Positions 1-10,238 of a stretch of 64,000 nt of DNA are shown here, in pieces. The translations under genes and the position numbers were made by a program. Each line of letters starts with the position of its first letter. The stretch's first letter is position 1. The notes under the pieces are model-generated. The model was not told the origin of the DNA, made no database searches, and saw only the letters and a program-made list of their open reading frames with translations. The stretch comes from Candidatus Berkelbacteria bacterium (lineage in GTDB: Bacteria; Patescibacteriota; UBA1384; XYA2-FULL-43-10; CAINNR01): contig JBAXAF010000001.1 of the NCBI GenBank assembly GCA_037142675.1, positions 28,543-92,542 of the forward strand, read 5' to 3'.

Positions 1-1
1 G

Positions 2-130
2 GGGCTAACCGGTGAACTCAAAAAGGTTATGGCTAGTGATAAACGCAAGAAAGAAGCCGAAGCATTAGGATTTAGTGTCTATTTCGGCTACAAGAATATT
101 AGTGCAGCACTAGAGAAGAATTTATTTTGA
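2..130 (+). CDS. 3' end of an unidentified CDS running off the window start (...KRKKEAEALGFSVYFGYKNISAALEKNLF*)
   Basis: Open frame from position 2 to TGA at 128-130, convergent with the PBP gene; no recognisable motif. Confidence 0.25.
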   Translation, partial: GLTGELKKVMASDKRKKEAEALGFSVYFGYKNISAALEKNLF

Positions 131-136
131 CTTCTA

Positions 137-2950
137 CTAGAGAGTAGTTTTGAAAGAGTAGTCGTTCGAGCTAACTATATCGCCTGTAGAATTTATTGAT
201 ACAACTCGAAAATGGTAGGTTGTATTTGGTATCAGGGCTGACAGAGCTATTGAATGGTTGGCAATCAGAGATGAATTTTTGGAACTTGATTTGGTGTAAT
301 CGTTATAATTATCGTGGCCGATTGTATCGTAGAAAACTTGGCTAGTGCCGCCGGCGGAAGTTGACCAAGCAATAGTTGCGTCCGTGCTAGTTATACCCCC
401 GGATGAAGTACCCGAAATAGTGAAACTATTGTCAATAGAGAAGAAAGAGACCTCTTTGGTGTCAGCTGTGCCATTGTTGCCGGTAGCTGTCACCTTAAGT
501 ACGTGTCGGCCAGATGCTACCGAGTTAAAGTTAAAACTCATTGAATACGGTGCTACAGTGTCGGAGCCGATTGAGGTGGCATCAATAAAGAACTCGACTC
601 TTGAAGTATCTCCTGGTGAATTAGTCGATACACTAAGTGTTGAGTTGCCACTTAAGGTTTGATCAGCAGTCGGTGAGTTAATTGAAACTGAAATACTGGG
701 GCCAATATCACAAGTTCCTGCTGGCTCAGGGTTGTAGAGCCCATTGGCAACTGCCCAATCATGCACTGGGCCCTCCCAGCTAGGATTATTTGGCATTTCT
801 GAATGAATGTTTGAAAAAATTACTGTGTTAATTAGGTTGTCTGGTGTCCCATCCGGGGCCTTAAGGCCATTGGATTTACAAACCCGAACCGCCACATTGA
901 CATCATCTTTTTCGGTTGGCACTTGCCACGATGCAAAAATATCAGTCGTGGTTTCCTTTGAGAATTCTGTTGGTAATTTATTTGACCATTTTTCAACAGT
1001 TAGAGTTTGAATTCCAGCTGGAGCCACAAATTGTTCCACTGGTTTTCCGCTCATCGCTGCCGCCATAAATTGGTGGAAAATTGGAGCGGCAATAATAGAG
1101 CCATCAGCTCCGCTACTCATAGGCTTGCTACTGTTGTTTCCGGTCCATACACCAACTGCCAAAGAAGGAGTGAACCCCATTGTCCAAGCATCGCGAAAAT
1201 CGGAGGTCGTCCCGGTTTTTGTTGCGACTGGTCTATCAGAAAAATACAAAGGCGTTCTGGTCCCAAAGACCAATGACCTGGCGTTGTTGTCTGAAAGAAT
1301 ATTTTGCATTTGATAAGCGATTTGTGGGTCCAGGGCCTGCTTCCCCTTGTCTTCTTCGGGTTTGTATTCGTAAATTATCTTACCGCCATTGTCGAGGACT
1401 TTAAGTATTGGATGTAAGTCGTGATAAACGCCGTTGTTGGCAAAAGTAGCAAAGCCGTTAGTATGTTCTAGTGGCGAAACCTCGCCTACGCCCAGGCCAA
1501 GGGACAGGCCGTAGCGATCTTTTTGTGTCAGTGATGTGATTCCCATATCAGATGTGGTAGTCAAGACGTTTTCAATGCCGTCGATCGCAGTAGTTTTAAC
1601 CGCAGGAATATTTAGAGAGTTATCGAGTGCTAGTCTTGCAGTTATTGGTCCGTGAGTTCTGCCGTCATAGTTATGGGGAATGTAGCCACCGCCAAAGTCG
1701 GTTGTAAAATCAAATAGTATTTTGCTGGGTGAAAAATCTTTTCGCTTAAGTGCCGTGGCGTAAATATACGGTTTGAACGATGACCCCGGCTGGCGAAGCG
1801 AAGTTGCTACATTAACATTGCCATCGATTCCGGTATCAAAAAAATCTTTACTCCCGACCATCGATAAGACTTCACCGGTCTTGGGATCAATTGCTACCAG
1901 TGCGCCGTTTGATCCACCATATTTTGAAACTTTCGCCATGCCGTCGGTGACTGCTTGTTCAGCGAGTTTTTGAGTATTATAATCAAGCGATGTATAAATT
2001 GAAAGTCCTTCTTTTTCAGCTCGTTGTTCGCCAAACTGTGCCGCTGCCTGTTCCAAAACGTACATTGAAAAATGTGGTGCGAGCATAGACATTTTCCTCG
2101 GTTTGACAGCGGTACCAACCGTTGTTGTATCTTGTTTTTTGGCTGTATCAGCTTGATCCTTGGTGATATATTTCATTTTTACCATTTGGTCAAGGACGTA
2201 GTTTCTGCGGTAAATAAGTTTGTCGGTGTGTGTTCCGTATGGATTATAGTAAGTCGGTGATTGTGGAATAGCTGCGAGAGTTGCTGCTTGTGCCAAATCT
2301 AAGTCTTTGGCTGGCTTACCGTAATACATTGTTGCCGCAGCTTCGACGCCAGCAATCTGTCCGCCGTATGGGATTTCATTTAGGTACATAGTCATAATTT
2401 GATCTTTGGAGTACATGAATTCAAGTTCAACTGCCAAGATTGCTTCTTTAATTTTTCTAGAAATTGTTTGGTTGGAATATAGTAGGGCATTCTTAACATA
2501 TTGTTGAGTAATTGTTGATCCACCCTGTGATCCAGCTCCAATGTGAAAAATATCGTGAATTGCTGCTCTGGCGATGCCTTTAAAATTCAAACCATGATTT
2601 TGGTAGAATGATTGATCTTCAACTGAAACAGTAGCATCTTTAATGTTTTGCGGCATTTGATCAGAGGTAATAATTGTACGTTTTAGATCACCAGTCTCAT
2701 AGAGTAAAACTCCGTTTCTATCAAAGATCTTCGTCGATTGCGACGGCTTCATTTTAGAAATTTTATTTGGGGTTGGGAGATCTTTGGAATACCAAGCAAA
2801 AACCAGTGAAATAGACAGCAAAACCGCCAGCAGGGAGTAGCCGGTAATTATTAGTACCCGCTTTTTATCAATTGGCTTGCGCTTTTTCTTTGCACTATTC
2901 GACTTTGAGCGCAGCTTTAGTGGATTTAGCAGTCCAAAATTAAATGCCAT
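137..2950 (-). CDS. Class A penicillin-binding protein (bifunctional transglycosylase/transpeptidase, PBP1A-like) with C-terminal Ig/FN3-like extension
   Basis: N-terminal TM anchor; GT51 motif EDQSFYQNHG; transpeptidase SxxK (GSSFKP) and KTGTT motifs; RBS GAAGGAAAAAT upstream of ATG. Confidence 0.9.
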   Translation of the reverse strand: MAFNFGLLNPLKLRSKSNSAKKKRKPIDKKRVLIITGYSLLAVLLSISLVFAWYSKDLPTPNKISKMKPSQSTKIFDRNGVLLYETGDLKRTIITSDQMPQNIKDATVSVEDQSFYQNHGLNFKGIARAAIHDIFHIGAGSQGGSTITQQYVKNALLYSNQTISRKIKEAILAVELEFMYSKDQIMTMYLNEIPYGGQIAGVEAAATMYYGKPAKDLDLAQAATLAAIPQSPTYYNPYGTHTDKLIYRRNYVLDQMVKMKYITKDQADTAKKQDTTTVGTAVKPRKMSMLAPHFSMYVLEQAAAQFGEQRAEKEGLSIYTSLDYNTQKLAEQAVTDGMAKVSKYGGSNGALVAIDPKTGEVLSMVGSKDFFDTGIDGNVNVATSLRQPGSSFKPYIYATALKRKDFSPSKILFDFTTDFGGGYIPHNYDGRTHGPITARLALDNSLNIPAVKTTAIDGIENVLTTTSDMGITSLTQKDRYGLSLGLGVGEVSPLEHTNGFATFANNGVYHDLHPILKVLDNGGKIIYEYKPEEDKGKQALDPQIAYQMQNILSDNNARSLVFGTRTPLYFSDRPVATKTGTTSDFRDAWTMGFTPSLAVGVWTGNNSSKPMSSGADGSIIAAPIFHQFMAAAMSGKPVEQFVAPAGIQTLTVEKWSNKLPTEFSKETTTDIFASWQVPTEKDDVNVAVRVCKSNGLKAPDGTPDNLINTVIFSNIHSEMPNNPSWEGPVHDWAVANGLYNPEPAGTCDIGPSISVSINSPTADQTLSGNSTLSVSTNSPGDTSRVEFFIDATSIGSDTVAPYSMSFNFNSVASGRHVLKVTATGNNGTADTKEVSFFSIDNSFTISGTSSGGITSTDATIAWSTSAGGTSQVFYDTIGHDNYNDYTKSSSKNSSLIANHSIALSALIPNTTYHFRVVSINSTGDIVSSNDYSFKTTL

Positions 2951-3066
2951 ATTTTTCCTTCTCTTTACATTATAATCGTTTGTCGGTACTATGTAAAATA
3001 GTTAATCGCTGTTTGTGAAAACTTTAATATTTTATGCCACAATTTGTGGACTGTCAAGCGTGAAAA

Positions 3067-4743
3067 ATGGAAGAATTAAAAAAACAAATTGAAGACGCAA
3101 TCAAGAATGTCGGATATGATCTTCCGGATAATTTTGATTTATCTGTACCGCCAAAGGACGATCTGGGTGATTATTCTACTTCCGTTGCTCTGACTATCGC
3201 TTCGATGAATAATGAAAATCCCAAAGAAACCGCTGAGAAGATTGTTGGTGAGCTAAAATCAGCTGAAATAGAAAAAGTTGAAATTGCCGGTCCGGGATTT
3301 ATTAATATAAAATTATCGAATAAGTTTTTTCATAATTATCTAGCATCAGTTTTGCAAATAGGTAGTAATTACGGAAAAAGTGATGTAGGCAAGGGGCAAA
3401 AAGTTTTAGTTGAATTTATTTCAGCTAATCCAACCGGCCCACTGCATATTGGAAATGCTCGTGGTGGCCCAATCGGCGAAGTGTTGTCCAATATCCTCGC
3501 TTGGCAGGGCTACACCGTTGAAAAAGAATTCTACGTTAATGATACCGGTAACCAAATTAAAAAGTTTGCTGATACGTTGTCTTATTATTACACAGTCAAA
3601 TCTGATCCAAAGTTTCATTTTCCTGAAGGTGGCTATCCGGGCGACTTCTTGAAGGAAGTTTCGGAAGAAATACAGACTGAGTACAAAACTGAGCTTTCCG
3701 ATCTTCATGATCATGAATTGTCGGGCTTTTTTGCTAAGGTGGGGCTGGAAAAAACTATTCGCCGAATTAAAGAAGATATTGAGGCCCTTGGGATTTCATT
3801 TGATCGCTTTGTTTATGAAAGTGATTTTTTAAACTCCGGCAAAAGTATGGAAATAGTCGATCAGCTGAAGGCCGATGGGCATACCGACAGTAGGGAGGGT
3901 GCTCTTTGGTTTACATCAAATGATTTGGACCCTAATGATCGCGAAACTGTGTTGCTGCGTTCCGATGCCGAAAAAACGCCGACATATTTTGCCACCGACA
4001 TTGCTTACCATAAAGATAAATTTGAGCGGGGGAATGATCGTTCAATCGACGTTTGGGGTGCTAATCATCACGGACATATTGCCCGGTTGAAAAGTGCGAT
4101 GAAAGCCATTGGCTGTGACGAAAGTAAATTATCGATTATTCTTTACCAAAATGTTCGGTTGAAAAAAGATGGTGAAACTAAACAAATGGGTAAGCGGCTG
4201 GGGAACTTTATCAATATTGCTGATTTAATTACCAAATTAAAAGTTCCGGCCGATGTCTTTAAATACACAATTATTTCTCAGGCGACTTCTTCAATAATTG
4301 ATTTTGATTTAGATTTAGCTCTTGAGCGTTCGGATAAAAACCCAGTCTACTACTTGCAATATGCTTATGCCAGAATTTGCAGTATATTGCGCAATGCTGA
4401 AAAAGGGGGCATTGCAGAGTTGGAAAAAATTGCAAACGGACAGGGGACGGTTAAGTCGGTCGATCTGGAAAAACTGACCGATAAAAAGGAAATTGCGCTA
4501 ATCAAAACTTTGGCTGGGCTCTCTGAGGCGTTGGAAAAGGCCTCCAGCGAATTTCAAATTCAGGCTCTCCCCCACTTCGCAACCGAAATTGCCAGGGGCT
4601 TCCATAACTTCTATGCCAACTGTCATGTACTTTCGGACGATAAAGAGTTAACTTGCTCTCGTCTGCTTTTAGTCTTAGCAACTCGCAATGTGTTGAAAAT
4701 ATCTCTGATGTTAATGGGGATATCAGCCCCAGAGAAGATGTAA
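3067..4743 (+). CDS. argS: Arginyl-tRNA synthetase
   Basis: Class I HIGH-like motif (PTGPLHIGNARGG), ArgRS length and layout, conserved C-terminal anticodon-binding region. Confidence 0.9.
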   Translation: MEELKKQIEDAIKNVGYDLPDNFDLSVPPKDDLGDYSTSVALTIASMNNENPKETAEKIVGELKSAEIEKVEIAGPGFINIKLSNKFFHNYLASVLQIGSNYGKSDVGKGQKVLVEFISANPTGPLHIGNARGGPIGEVLSNILAWQGYTVEKEFYVNDTGNQIKKFADTLSYYYTVKSDPKFHFPEGGYPGDFLKEVSEEIQTEYKTELSDLHDHELSGFFAKVGLEKTIRRIKEDIEALGISFDRFVYESDFLNSGKSMEIVDQLKADGHTDSREGALWFTSNDLDPNDRETVLLRSDAEKTPTYFATDIAYHKDKFERGNDRSIDVWGANHHGHIARLKSAMKAIGCDESKLSIILYQNVRLKKDGETKQMGKRLGNFINIADLITKLKVPADVFKYTIISQATSSIIDFDLDLALERSDKNPVYYLQYAYARICSILRNAEKGGIAELEKIANGQGTVKSVDLEKLTDKKEIALIKTLAGLSEALEKASSEFQIQALPHFATEIARGFHNFYANCHVLSDDKELTCSRLLLVLATRNVLKISLMLMGISAPEKM

Positions 4744-4744
4744 T

Positions 4745-5155
4745 ATGAGTGAACATAAACTTCGAATTTCAGTTAAAGGCATTTTTAAGGACGCGAACAA
4801 TCGCGTTCTTTTGGTCAAGCTTGAAAGAAACAATCAGGATTTTTGGTCAGCACCTGGCGGCGGAGTAGAAGAAAACGAAACTGTTAAAGACACGTTGCTG
4901 CGGGAACTACGAGAAGAAACCGGATACTCCGGCGAAGTAGGGGAACTGATCTTTGTTCAAGATATTCGCTTTTCTTCCGGTACGCGTCAATTGGAACTAT
5001 TTTTTGAAGGAACTATTGACGAGCAAATCGACAAAAAACCGGAAGAGAGATATCAGTTTTTCACTGAAGAAGAATTCGGCGACATAGAATTCATGCCAAA
5101 GGATCTAAATCCATTTTCCGAACACAAAAAAATCCCCTTTTTCTCAGAGATCTAA
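4745..5155 (+). CDS. NUDIX hydrolase
   Basis: Nudix box GGGVEENETVKDTLLRELREETGY; start overlaps argS stop. Confidence 0.8.
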   Translation: MSEHKLRISVKGIFKDANNRVLLVKLERNNQDFWSAPGGGVEENETVKDTLLRELREETGYSGEVGELIFVQDIRFSSGTRQLELFFEGTIDEQIDKKPEERYQFFTEEEFGDIEFMPKDLNPFSEHKKIPFFSEI

Positions 5156-5165
5156 GTAAAAATTC

Positions 5166-7316
5166 CTAAGTATCGAGTTCGAAGACTTTGGTGTCGGAGA
5201 TGAGCCAAAGTTTTTTTAGTTTTTCGTTGACAGCGAAACTGGTCAAATTCATACCATCTAAAACATATTGTTTTTGATAAGCGCCTGTTTTGGCGAATTG
5301 CAGAACACGGTTGGCTGATTTGTCCAAAATATATAGTGAGTTAGAACTTTGGTCGGTGAAGAACTTTGTCGGAGTGGTAATTTTTGTGTCTGGTGTGGGG
5401 ATTTCGGAAACGGCGAAAGTTGAGTCTTCTACTGATTTGGCGATTTTCACAACTGCCCCGTCTGATTTCAAGACCCAGACGTTACCGTCAACTGCCACGC
5501 TAGTGCTAGCCTTGAGTGAAATTGGCTGTTTGGTAATATAACTTACACCTTTTGAATAACTGCCGGAAGATAAGGTGTGTTTCCAAATTTGTCCTGCGTC
5601 ACCATCAAGTAAATAAATATTTGAGGAATAAACGGCAATGCCAGTTGATTTTTCCCAAGTCGCGTCGGCAGCCAGCTTGGTTTCGGCTATGGATTTAGCG
5701 CTAATATCTAATTTAACCACCGTCGGTTTATCGGTTAGCATTAGTAGTGAACTATCACTATCGTTATATACGGCGTCAGTAACCTTTCCTAGCTCTGCGC
5801 TCACCTGTCCATAGCTTTCGGAGGTTTTTGCCCTGGTGTCGTACTCGGCAATTTTACCGTCTGCCGATACTGAGAAAAGATTAGCGCCGACGGCATAGGT
5901 TTCAATTGAGTTATCGGAAAAAGAGAATATCGGGCTTACCCCAGTGGTAATTCTGGTTGCCATGTTAAGCGTGTCTAATTTTGCCTGTATTTGTGATAGC
6001 AAATTCTTGGCTTCATCAGCAATCGCTGGGGTTGAGGTTGCTTTAGCGGCGGCATCGCGAGCGGAAATTAATTTGTCTTTACCGTTGGTTTTTTTCAGCC
6101 CTAAATCGTCCAGCGCTTTAGAGTACAAACTTCTAGCAGAATCCAGGCTGGCGATGTTTTCGCCAGAAACGCCAACGCTTTGGTTTTTTTTGCTGTTCAT
6201 TTGGATCTTAATAAAACCAACTACAAGGAGCAAAACTAAAATGGCGATGTACAAGTATTTTCTGCTCTTTGGTTTGATTAAGGCCTTGGACCAAAGTGCC
6301 AAATTTGAAAAGAAATAAACTATATTTGATAGAAAGCTGGACCCGCTATTTGTTTTTCTATTAAAGTAATTTACTTTTGGCACACTGCCAAGACGTTCAG
6401 TAACCGGTCGCAAGGTTTTCCCGGAGGTGTCTTTGATTTTGCTGCCAACTTTTTCGGCCCCGGAATAAATTTTCGGCTGAATGTTTTTAGCCCAAAATTC
6501 TCCGGCTTTTCTAGCACCTCGGCCAGTAGCCTTGGCTCCACTGCTTAAGCTCTTAAAAAACATTTTTGTGTAATGAAGTGGCACGGAGTCGGGGATGTCG
6601 TCAAGAAAAATAATATCTGGCTTCTCATCTTCTTCAAGTTGGCTCTCAATGTCTCGTAAATCAAAAACCATTAAGTTAACGTCACGAATTTTGGACTTGC
6701 GAAGATTTTTTGTAATTTCAGTAATTGCGTCTTTGTAAGAAAAAGTCGCAAAAATCTGCCTTAGTCTATCTAACGACAAGTGCGAATAAAACTCGGTGTT
6801 TGCAATTATTACTTTATCTAACGCCGCTACGCTACCATCGATAATTGAAACAAAGGTTTTAAGTGGATGTGCTTCTTCGCCCTCGACTGGTTTTTCAGTA
6901 ATGTGAGAGATTTTATTGCCACGGAAAAGATAGCCGGAAATTCGGCCTGTTTGGGAAAAAATAAGCTCGTCGCCAGATATCAAGCCAATAATAGCGTTTA
7001 GCTTTCCAACCCATTCATGTTCGCCGGACTGTGAAACTTCACCAAGCGCGGCGTTTATTTTTTTAATTACAGTTTCGAAACTCTCGGCTTTGTCGGCACC
7101 CAGGTGCCAATCATCTCCCAAAGTTCCGACGATAGCATTTTTGATTTTTTCACCATCAACCCAGGGGGAGTCGATTTCAATTAAATAGAAAAAGCGATCC
7201 AAAGTGTCCTTTGGCTCGATTGTTCCAACGAAGAGAAATCGTTCCTTGTGCTTTCCCTTGGTCGCAATAGCCCCTATTCCAGCTACAAGATTTTTATCTG
7301 ACATATGTGTATGCAT
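5166..7316 (-). CDS. Hypothetical bitopic membrane protein (cytoplasmic N-domain, one TM, about 350-aa extracellular C-domain)
   Basis: Long ORF, hydrophobic segment YLYIAILVLLLVVGFIKI mid-protein; no recognisable catalytic motif. Confidence 0.55.
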   Translation of the reverse strand: MHTHMSDKNLVAGIGAIATKGKHKERFLFVGTIEPKDTLDRFFYLIEIDSPWVDGEKIKNAIVGTLGDDWHLGADKAESFETVIKKINAALGEVSQSGEHEWVGKLNAIIGLISGDELIFSQTGRISGYLFRGNKISHITEKPVEGEEAHPLKTFVSIIDGSVAALDKVIIANTEFYSHLSLDRLRQIFATFSYKDAITEITKNLRKSKIRDVNLMVFDLRDIESQLEEDEKPDIIFLDDIPDSVPLHYTKMFFKSLSSGAKATGRGARKAGEFWAKNIQPKIYSGAEKVGSKIKDTSGKTLRPVTERLGSVPKVNYFNRKTNSGSSFLSNIVYFFSNLALWSKALIKPKSRKYLYIAILVLLLVVGFIKIQMNSKKNQSVGVSGENIASLDSARSLYSKALDDLGLKKTNGKDKLISARDAAAKATSTPAIADEAKNLLSQIQAKLDTLNMATRITTGVSPIFSFSDNSIETYAVGANLFSVSADGKIAEYDTRAKTSESYGQVSAELGKVTDAVYNDSDSSLLMLTDKPTVVKLDISAKSIAETKLAADATWEKSTGIAVYSSNIYLLDGDAGQIWKHTLSSGSYSKGVSYITKQPISLKASTSVAVDGNVWVLKSDGAVVKIAKSVEDSTFAVSEIPTPDTKITTPTKFFTDQSSNSLYILDKSANRVLQFAKTGAYQKQYVLDGMNLTSFAVNEKLKKLWLISDTKVFELDT

Positions 7317-7361
7317 TCATTCTAACAGATTTTTTAGAAGTCAATCAAGCCACAGAAAACG

Positions 7362-7390
7362 TTGACAAAATATTCAATTAATGATATTCT
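7362..7390 (+). promoter_or_regulatory. Sigma70-like promoter TTGACA-N17-TATTCT upstream of GC-rich ORF 7445
   Basis: Exact -35 hexamer, 17-nt AT-rich spacer, -10 TATTCT, about 55 nt before ATG. Confidence 0.5.
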
Positions 7391-7444
7391 ATCTTAGCAA
7401 TTCAGCTTACCAATGAAGTTGCTAACGAGAGGACGTGATAAGCC

Positions 7445-7867
7445 ATGAATATGGCGAAGATTCAGGAAGCGCTTGCTGATGGTAAGAAGTTGGTGCTCAC
7501 GACGCGGGGCGGCAATTCGCGCGTTGCCGCACTTTGTCATCGGCGCTGCGAACCAGATCTCGGGTTCGATGTCGCCGGTACCTGGGCTGAGGCCGGTACA
7601 ATCTGGGATGCATTGGCCCAGCTCAATTTGAGTTTGATGTTCGGGCCGTGGACCTTTGAGCAGATGTATGGTGTTAATGGTCTGTTCCCGACGTGGTGGA
7701 TGGGCTACTCACCTGACTCGTATGGTCCGTTGGATAAGCTCATCCATGCTGGACATGTAGTGGATGTTCGCCAAACCGCCAACGGAAAGATCGAGCTGAC
7801 CGTTCCGGGTCTGGACTTCGAGATCGAGGCCGACAGCATCGAATTGGCATTCCTGGCAGTCAAGTAA
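7445..7867 (+). CDS. Hypothetical protein encoded by a high-GC ORF (about 60-65% GC by eye) between AT-rich flanks
   Basis: ORF with GC-rich codon choice (GCC, CTG, CGC), RBS GAGGACGTG, followed by intrinsic terminator (GC hairpin plus T-run, about 7893-7925). Confidence 0.5.
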   Translation: MNMAKIQEALADGKKLVLTTRGGNSRVAALCHRRCEPDLGFDVAGTWAEAGTIWDALAQLNLSLMFGPWTFEQMYGVNGLFPTWWMGYSPDSYGPLDKLIHAGHVVDVRQTANGKIELTVPGLDFEIEADSIELAFLAVK

Positions 7868-7934
7868 GGCGCCGACGGTGATATTTGCTGGCGGCGGTTC
7901 GCAGTTTGAACCGTCGCTTTTTTTATCCGAAAAA

Positions 7935-8114
7935 CTACTTTGCCAAATCGCCTTCGTGGCCGTGGCCGGGTTTCACGATTTTCTTGGCATGATTTCTTGA
8001 ATCTTCTTGAATTGAATCACCAATATTAACAATCTTCTCAAACTTGCCGTCTTTGTCACGAACGGCATAAAAGTTCTTTTTACCGCCGACTTTAACGATG
8101 TCTCTTTTTGACAT
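7935..8114 (-). CDS. Small hypothetical protein (59 aa, MSKRDIVKVGGKKNFYAVRDKDGKF...)
   Basis: ATG at 8114 preceded by GGAGG at correct spacing; the longer track ORF (to 8171) lacks an RBS. Confidence 0.45.
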   Translation of the reverse strand: MSKRDIVKVGGKKNFYAVRDKDGKFEKIVNIGDSIQEDSRNHAKKIVKPGHGHEGDLAK

Positions 8115-8182
8115 AATTCCTCCATGCTTACTTTTATCTACCATAATTTTACCACATATGATATTATACAAATCATGATCAA

Positions 8183-8234
8183 CCCTGTTAAATGCGCCGT
8201 TAGCGCAATCTGCAGGGCAGATTATTTAACAGGG
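8183..8234 (+). repeat. Family-2 structured palindromic element (CCCTGTTAAAT - two inner hairpins - ATTTAACAGGG), copy 1, in the 5' UTR of the ABC permease
   Basis: Outer 11-bp inverted repeat enclosing hairpins GCGC-CGTTA-GCGC and ATCTGC-AGGG-GCAGAT; related copy at 33080-33131 with compensatory inner stems. Confidence 0.55.
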
Positions 8235-8247
8235 TAAAAGGAGACAA

Positions 8248-9447
8248 ATGGAAATTTTAAGAAACATGTGGCGGAGGAAGTTTAGAACAGCTTTGACAAT
8301 TTTTGGAATTGTTATCGGAATCTTTGCATTTACCGTTATGGGTTCAATGGCTCTAAAGTTGAACAAAATGATCGATGGTGGAAAAAAGTATGTCACCGGT
8401 CAAATATCAGTTTCGCCAAAAGGTTCAGCTGGCTACGGAACTGCAACTGGGACATTGCCAATTGATACATTAAATAAAATTTCTGAGATTGATGGTGTTG
8501 ATAAGGTCGGAGCGCTGGTTTCGCTTTTAGTTGAGGACATGGACCCTGATAATATGTCAATGAATATGAGCGAGCCACCATCAGTGTACGGTCAGGATCT
8601 AAATTCCGATTTCAAAAACCGCAATTGGGAAACCATGACTATGAAGTCAGGAAAAATGCCTGACAAAGATTCAAAAGACAGCGATATTGCAGTCGGGGTA
8701 AATATTGCCACTGACAAGAAACTTGGCATCGGCGACAGTTATAAAATTCGCGGAAAAGATTTTAACGTTATCGGCATTGTCGACAAAACAATGACTGGGC
8801 CAGATAGCTATGTATTTATGGCAATTACACCGGCAAGGGAAATGCTAATTGAATCAAATCCGTTCATGAAATCACTTTACGCCAGCGGAAAATTAAAACT
8901 TGAAGATGTTAATTCCATGGCGGCAGTTTCCTGGAAAGATGGTGCTGATTCAGAAAAAGTAGCCAATGAAATCAAAAATAAATTTGGTAAGGATGTAACT
9001 GTTATGTCGCCAGTGAAAATGGGTGAGTTAATCGATAAAGCGTCTGCAACTATGAACGCAATTATTCTAGGTAGTGCAATGCTGGCGTTAATCGTTGGCC
9101 TATTCTCAATAGTAAATACTATGGTAATGTCAATTTCTGAACGAACTAAGGAAATTGGAATTAAAAAAGCTATTGGCGCATCGCCTTCTTCCATCGCCTG
9201 GGAGTACACAATGGAGGCCGGTATTATTGGCCTGGTTGGCGGAGCAATTGGCATGGGGTTCGGAGTTTTGGCTGCTACTATAATAAATAACAAATTGGCG
9301 GAAAAAGGGGCGGAAATATTTTTATTAGAACCTAGCTTTCTAATTGCGGTAATAGTATTCTCGTTTGTTGTTGGAATTATTGCTGGGGTAATTCCAGCGG
9401 TTAGAGCATCAAAACTGAAAGTGGTTGAGGCTATACGCGAACTATAA
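8248..9447 (+). CDS. ABC transporter permease, FtsX/MacB family
   Basis: N-terminal TM, large extracytoplasmic loop, three C-terminal TMs typical of the MacB/FtsX fold; RBS AAAGGAG. Confidence 0.85.
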   Translation: MEILRNMWRRKFRTALTIFGIVIGIFAFTVMGSMALKLNKMIDGGKKYVTGQISVSPKGSAGYGTATGTLPIDTLNKISEIDGVDKVGALVSLLVEDMDPDNMSMNMSEPPSVYGQDLNSDFKNRNWETMTMKSGKMPDKDSKDSDIAVGVNIATDKKLGIGDSYKIRGKDFNVIGIVDKTMTGPDSYVFMAITPAREMLIESNPFMKSLYASGKLKLEDVNSMAAVSWKDGADSEKVANEIKNKFGKDVTVMSPVKMGELIDKASATMNAIILGSAMLALIVGLFSIVNTMVMSISERTKEIGIKKAIGASPSSIAWEYTMEAGIIGLVGGAIGMGFGVLAATIINNKLAEKGAEIFLLEPSFLIAVIVFSFVVGIIAGVIPAVRASKLKVVEAIREL

Positions 9448-9453
9448 ATGTTT

Positions 9454-9522
9454 TGTCATTCCGGACTTGATCCGGAATCTCTATCAAAAGTAATTAGATC
9501 CTGAATCAAGTTCAGGATGACA
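9454..9522 (+). repeat. Family-1 double-hairpin REP-like element, copy A (TGTCAT-[TTCCGGA..TCCGGAA]-spacer-[CCTGAA..TTCAGG]-ATGACA)
   Basis: Terminal 6-bp inverted repeat TGTCAT/ATGACA plus two internal hairpins; intercistronic between the ABC permease and ATPase. Confidence 0.6.
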
Positions 9523-9542
9523 ATCTGAAAAAAGGAAATATT

Positions 9543-10220
9543 ATGAATAAAATAGTTGTTGAAGCTAAGGGCATAGAAAAAAGTTATAAAATGTCAAAGC
9601 AAAATGTTGTTTGCGCCCTTTGTGGTGTTGATATTGAGGTGAAAGAAGGTGATTTCTCGGCGATAATTGGCCCTTCTGGTTGTGGCAAATCAACTCTAAT
9701 GCATATATTAGGTTTGCTAGATCGTCCAGACTCAGGAGTTCTCAAGATTGATGGAATTGATATGACAAAATTACCAGAGAAACAAGCTTTCAAAATGCGG
9801 GCAAAAAAGATCGGCTTTATTTTTCAAGGATTTAATTTGATTCCAACCTTAACTGCGATAGAAAATGTTGTCCTTGCTGGCCGTTATGGTGGAATGAAAA
9901 AAGCTGCCAGGCTGAATCGAGCAAAAGAACTTTTGAAGATGCTTGGCTTGACTGATCGTATTAATCACAAGCCAAGCGAGCTTTCTGGTGGCCAACAGCA
10001 AAGAGTGGCAATCGCTCGGGCTTTAATGAATGATCCGGCAATTATATTAGCCGATGAGCCAACAGGGGAGCTTGATTCAAAAACATCCATGGAGATCATG
10101 GATATATTAAAGAAACTTAACAGAGAAGATAACAAAACCTTTTTAATTGTTACTCACAATATGGAAGTCGCTGAAGCCTGCAAGAAGATTGTCAAACTAC
10201 GCGACGGTAAAAACGCCTAA
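9543..10220 (+). CDS. ABC transporter ATP-binding protein
   Basis: Walker [13 protein letters not shown] signature [15 protein letters not shown], Walker B ILADEPT. Confidence 0.9.
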   Translation: MNKIVVEAKGIEKSYKMSKQNVVCALCGVDIEVKEGDFSAIIGPSGCGKSTLMHILGLLDRPDSGVLKIDGIDMTKLPEKQAFKMRAKKIGFIFQGFNLIPTLTAIENVVLAGRYGGMKKAARLNRAKELLKMLGLTDRINHKPSELSGGQQQRVAIARALMNDPAIILADEPTGELDSKTSMEIMDILKKLNREDNKTFLIVTHNMEVAEACKKIVKLRDGKNA

Positions 10221-10238
10221 GGTTTTTTAACAAGGTGG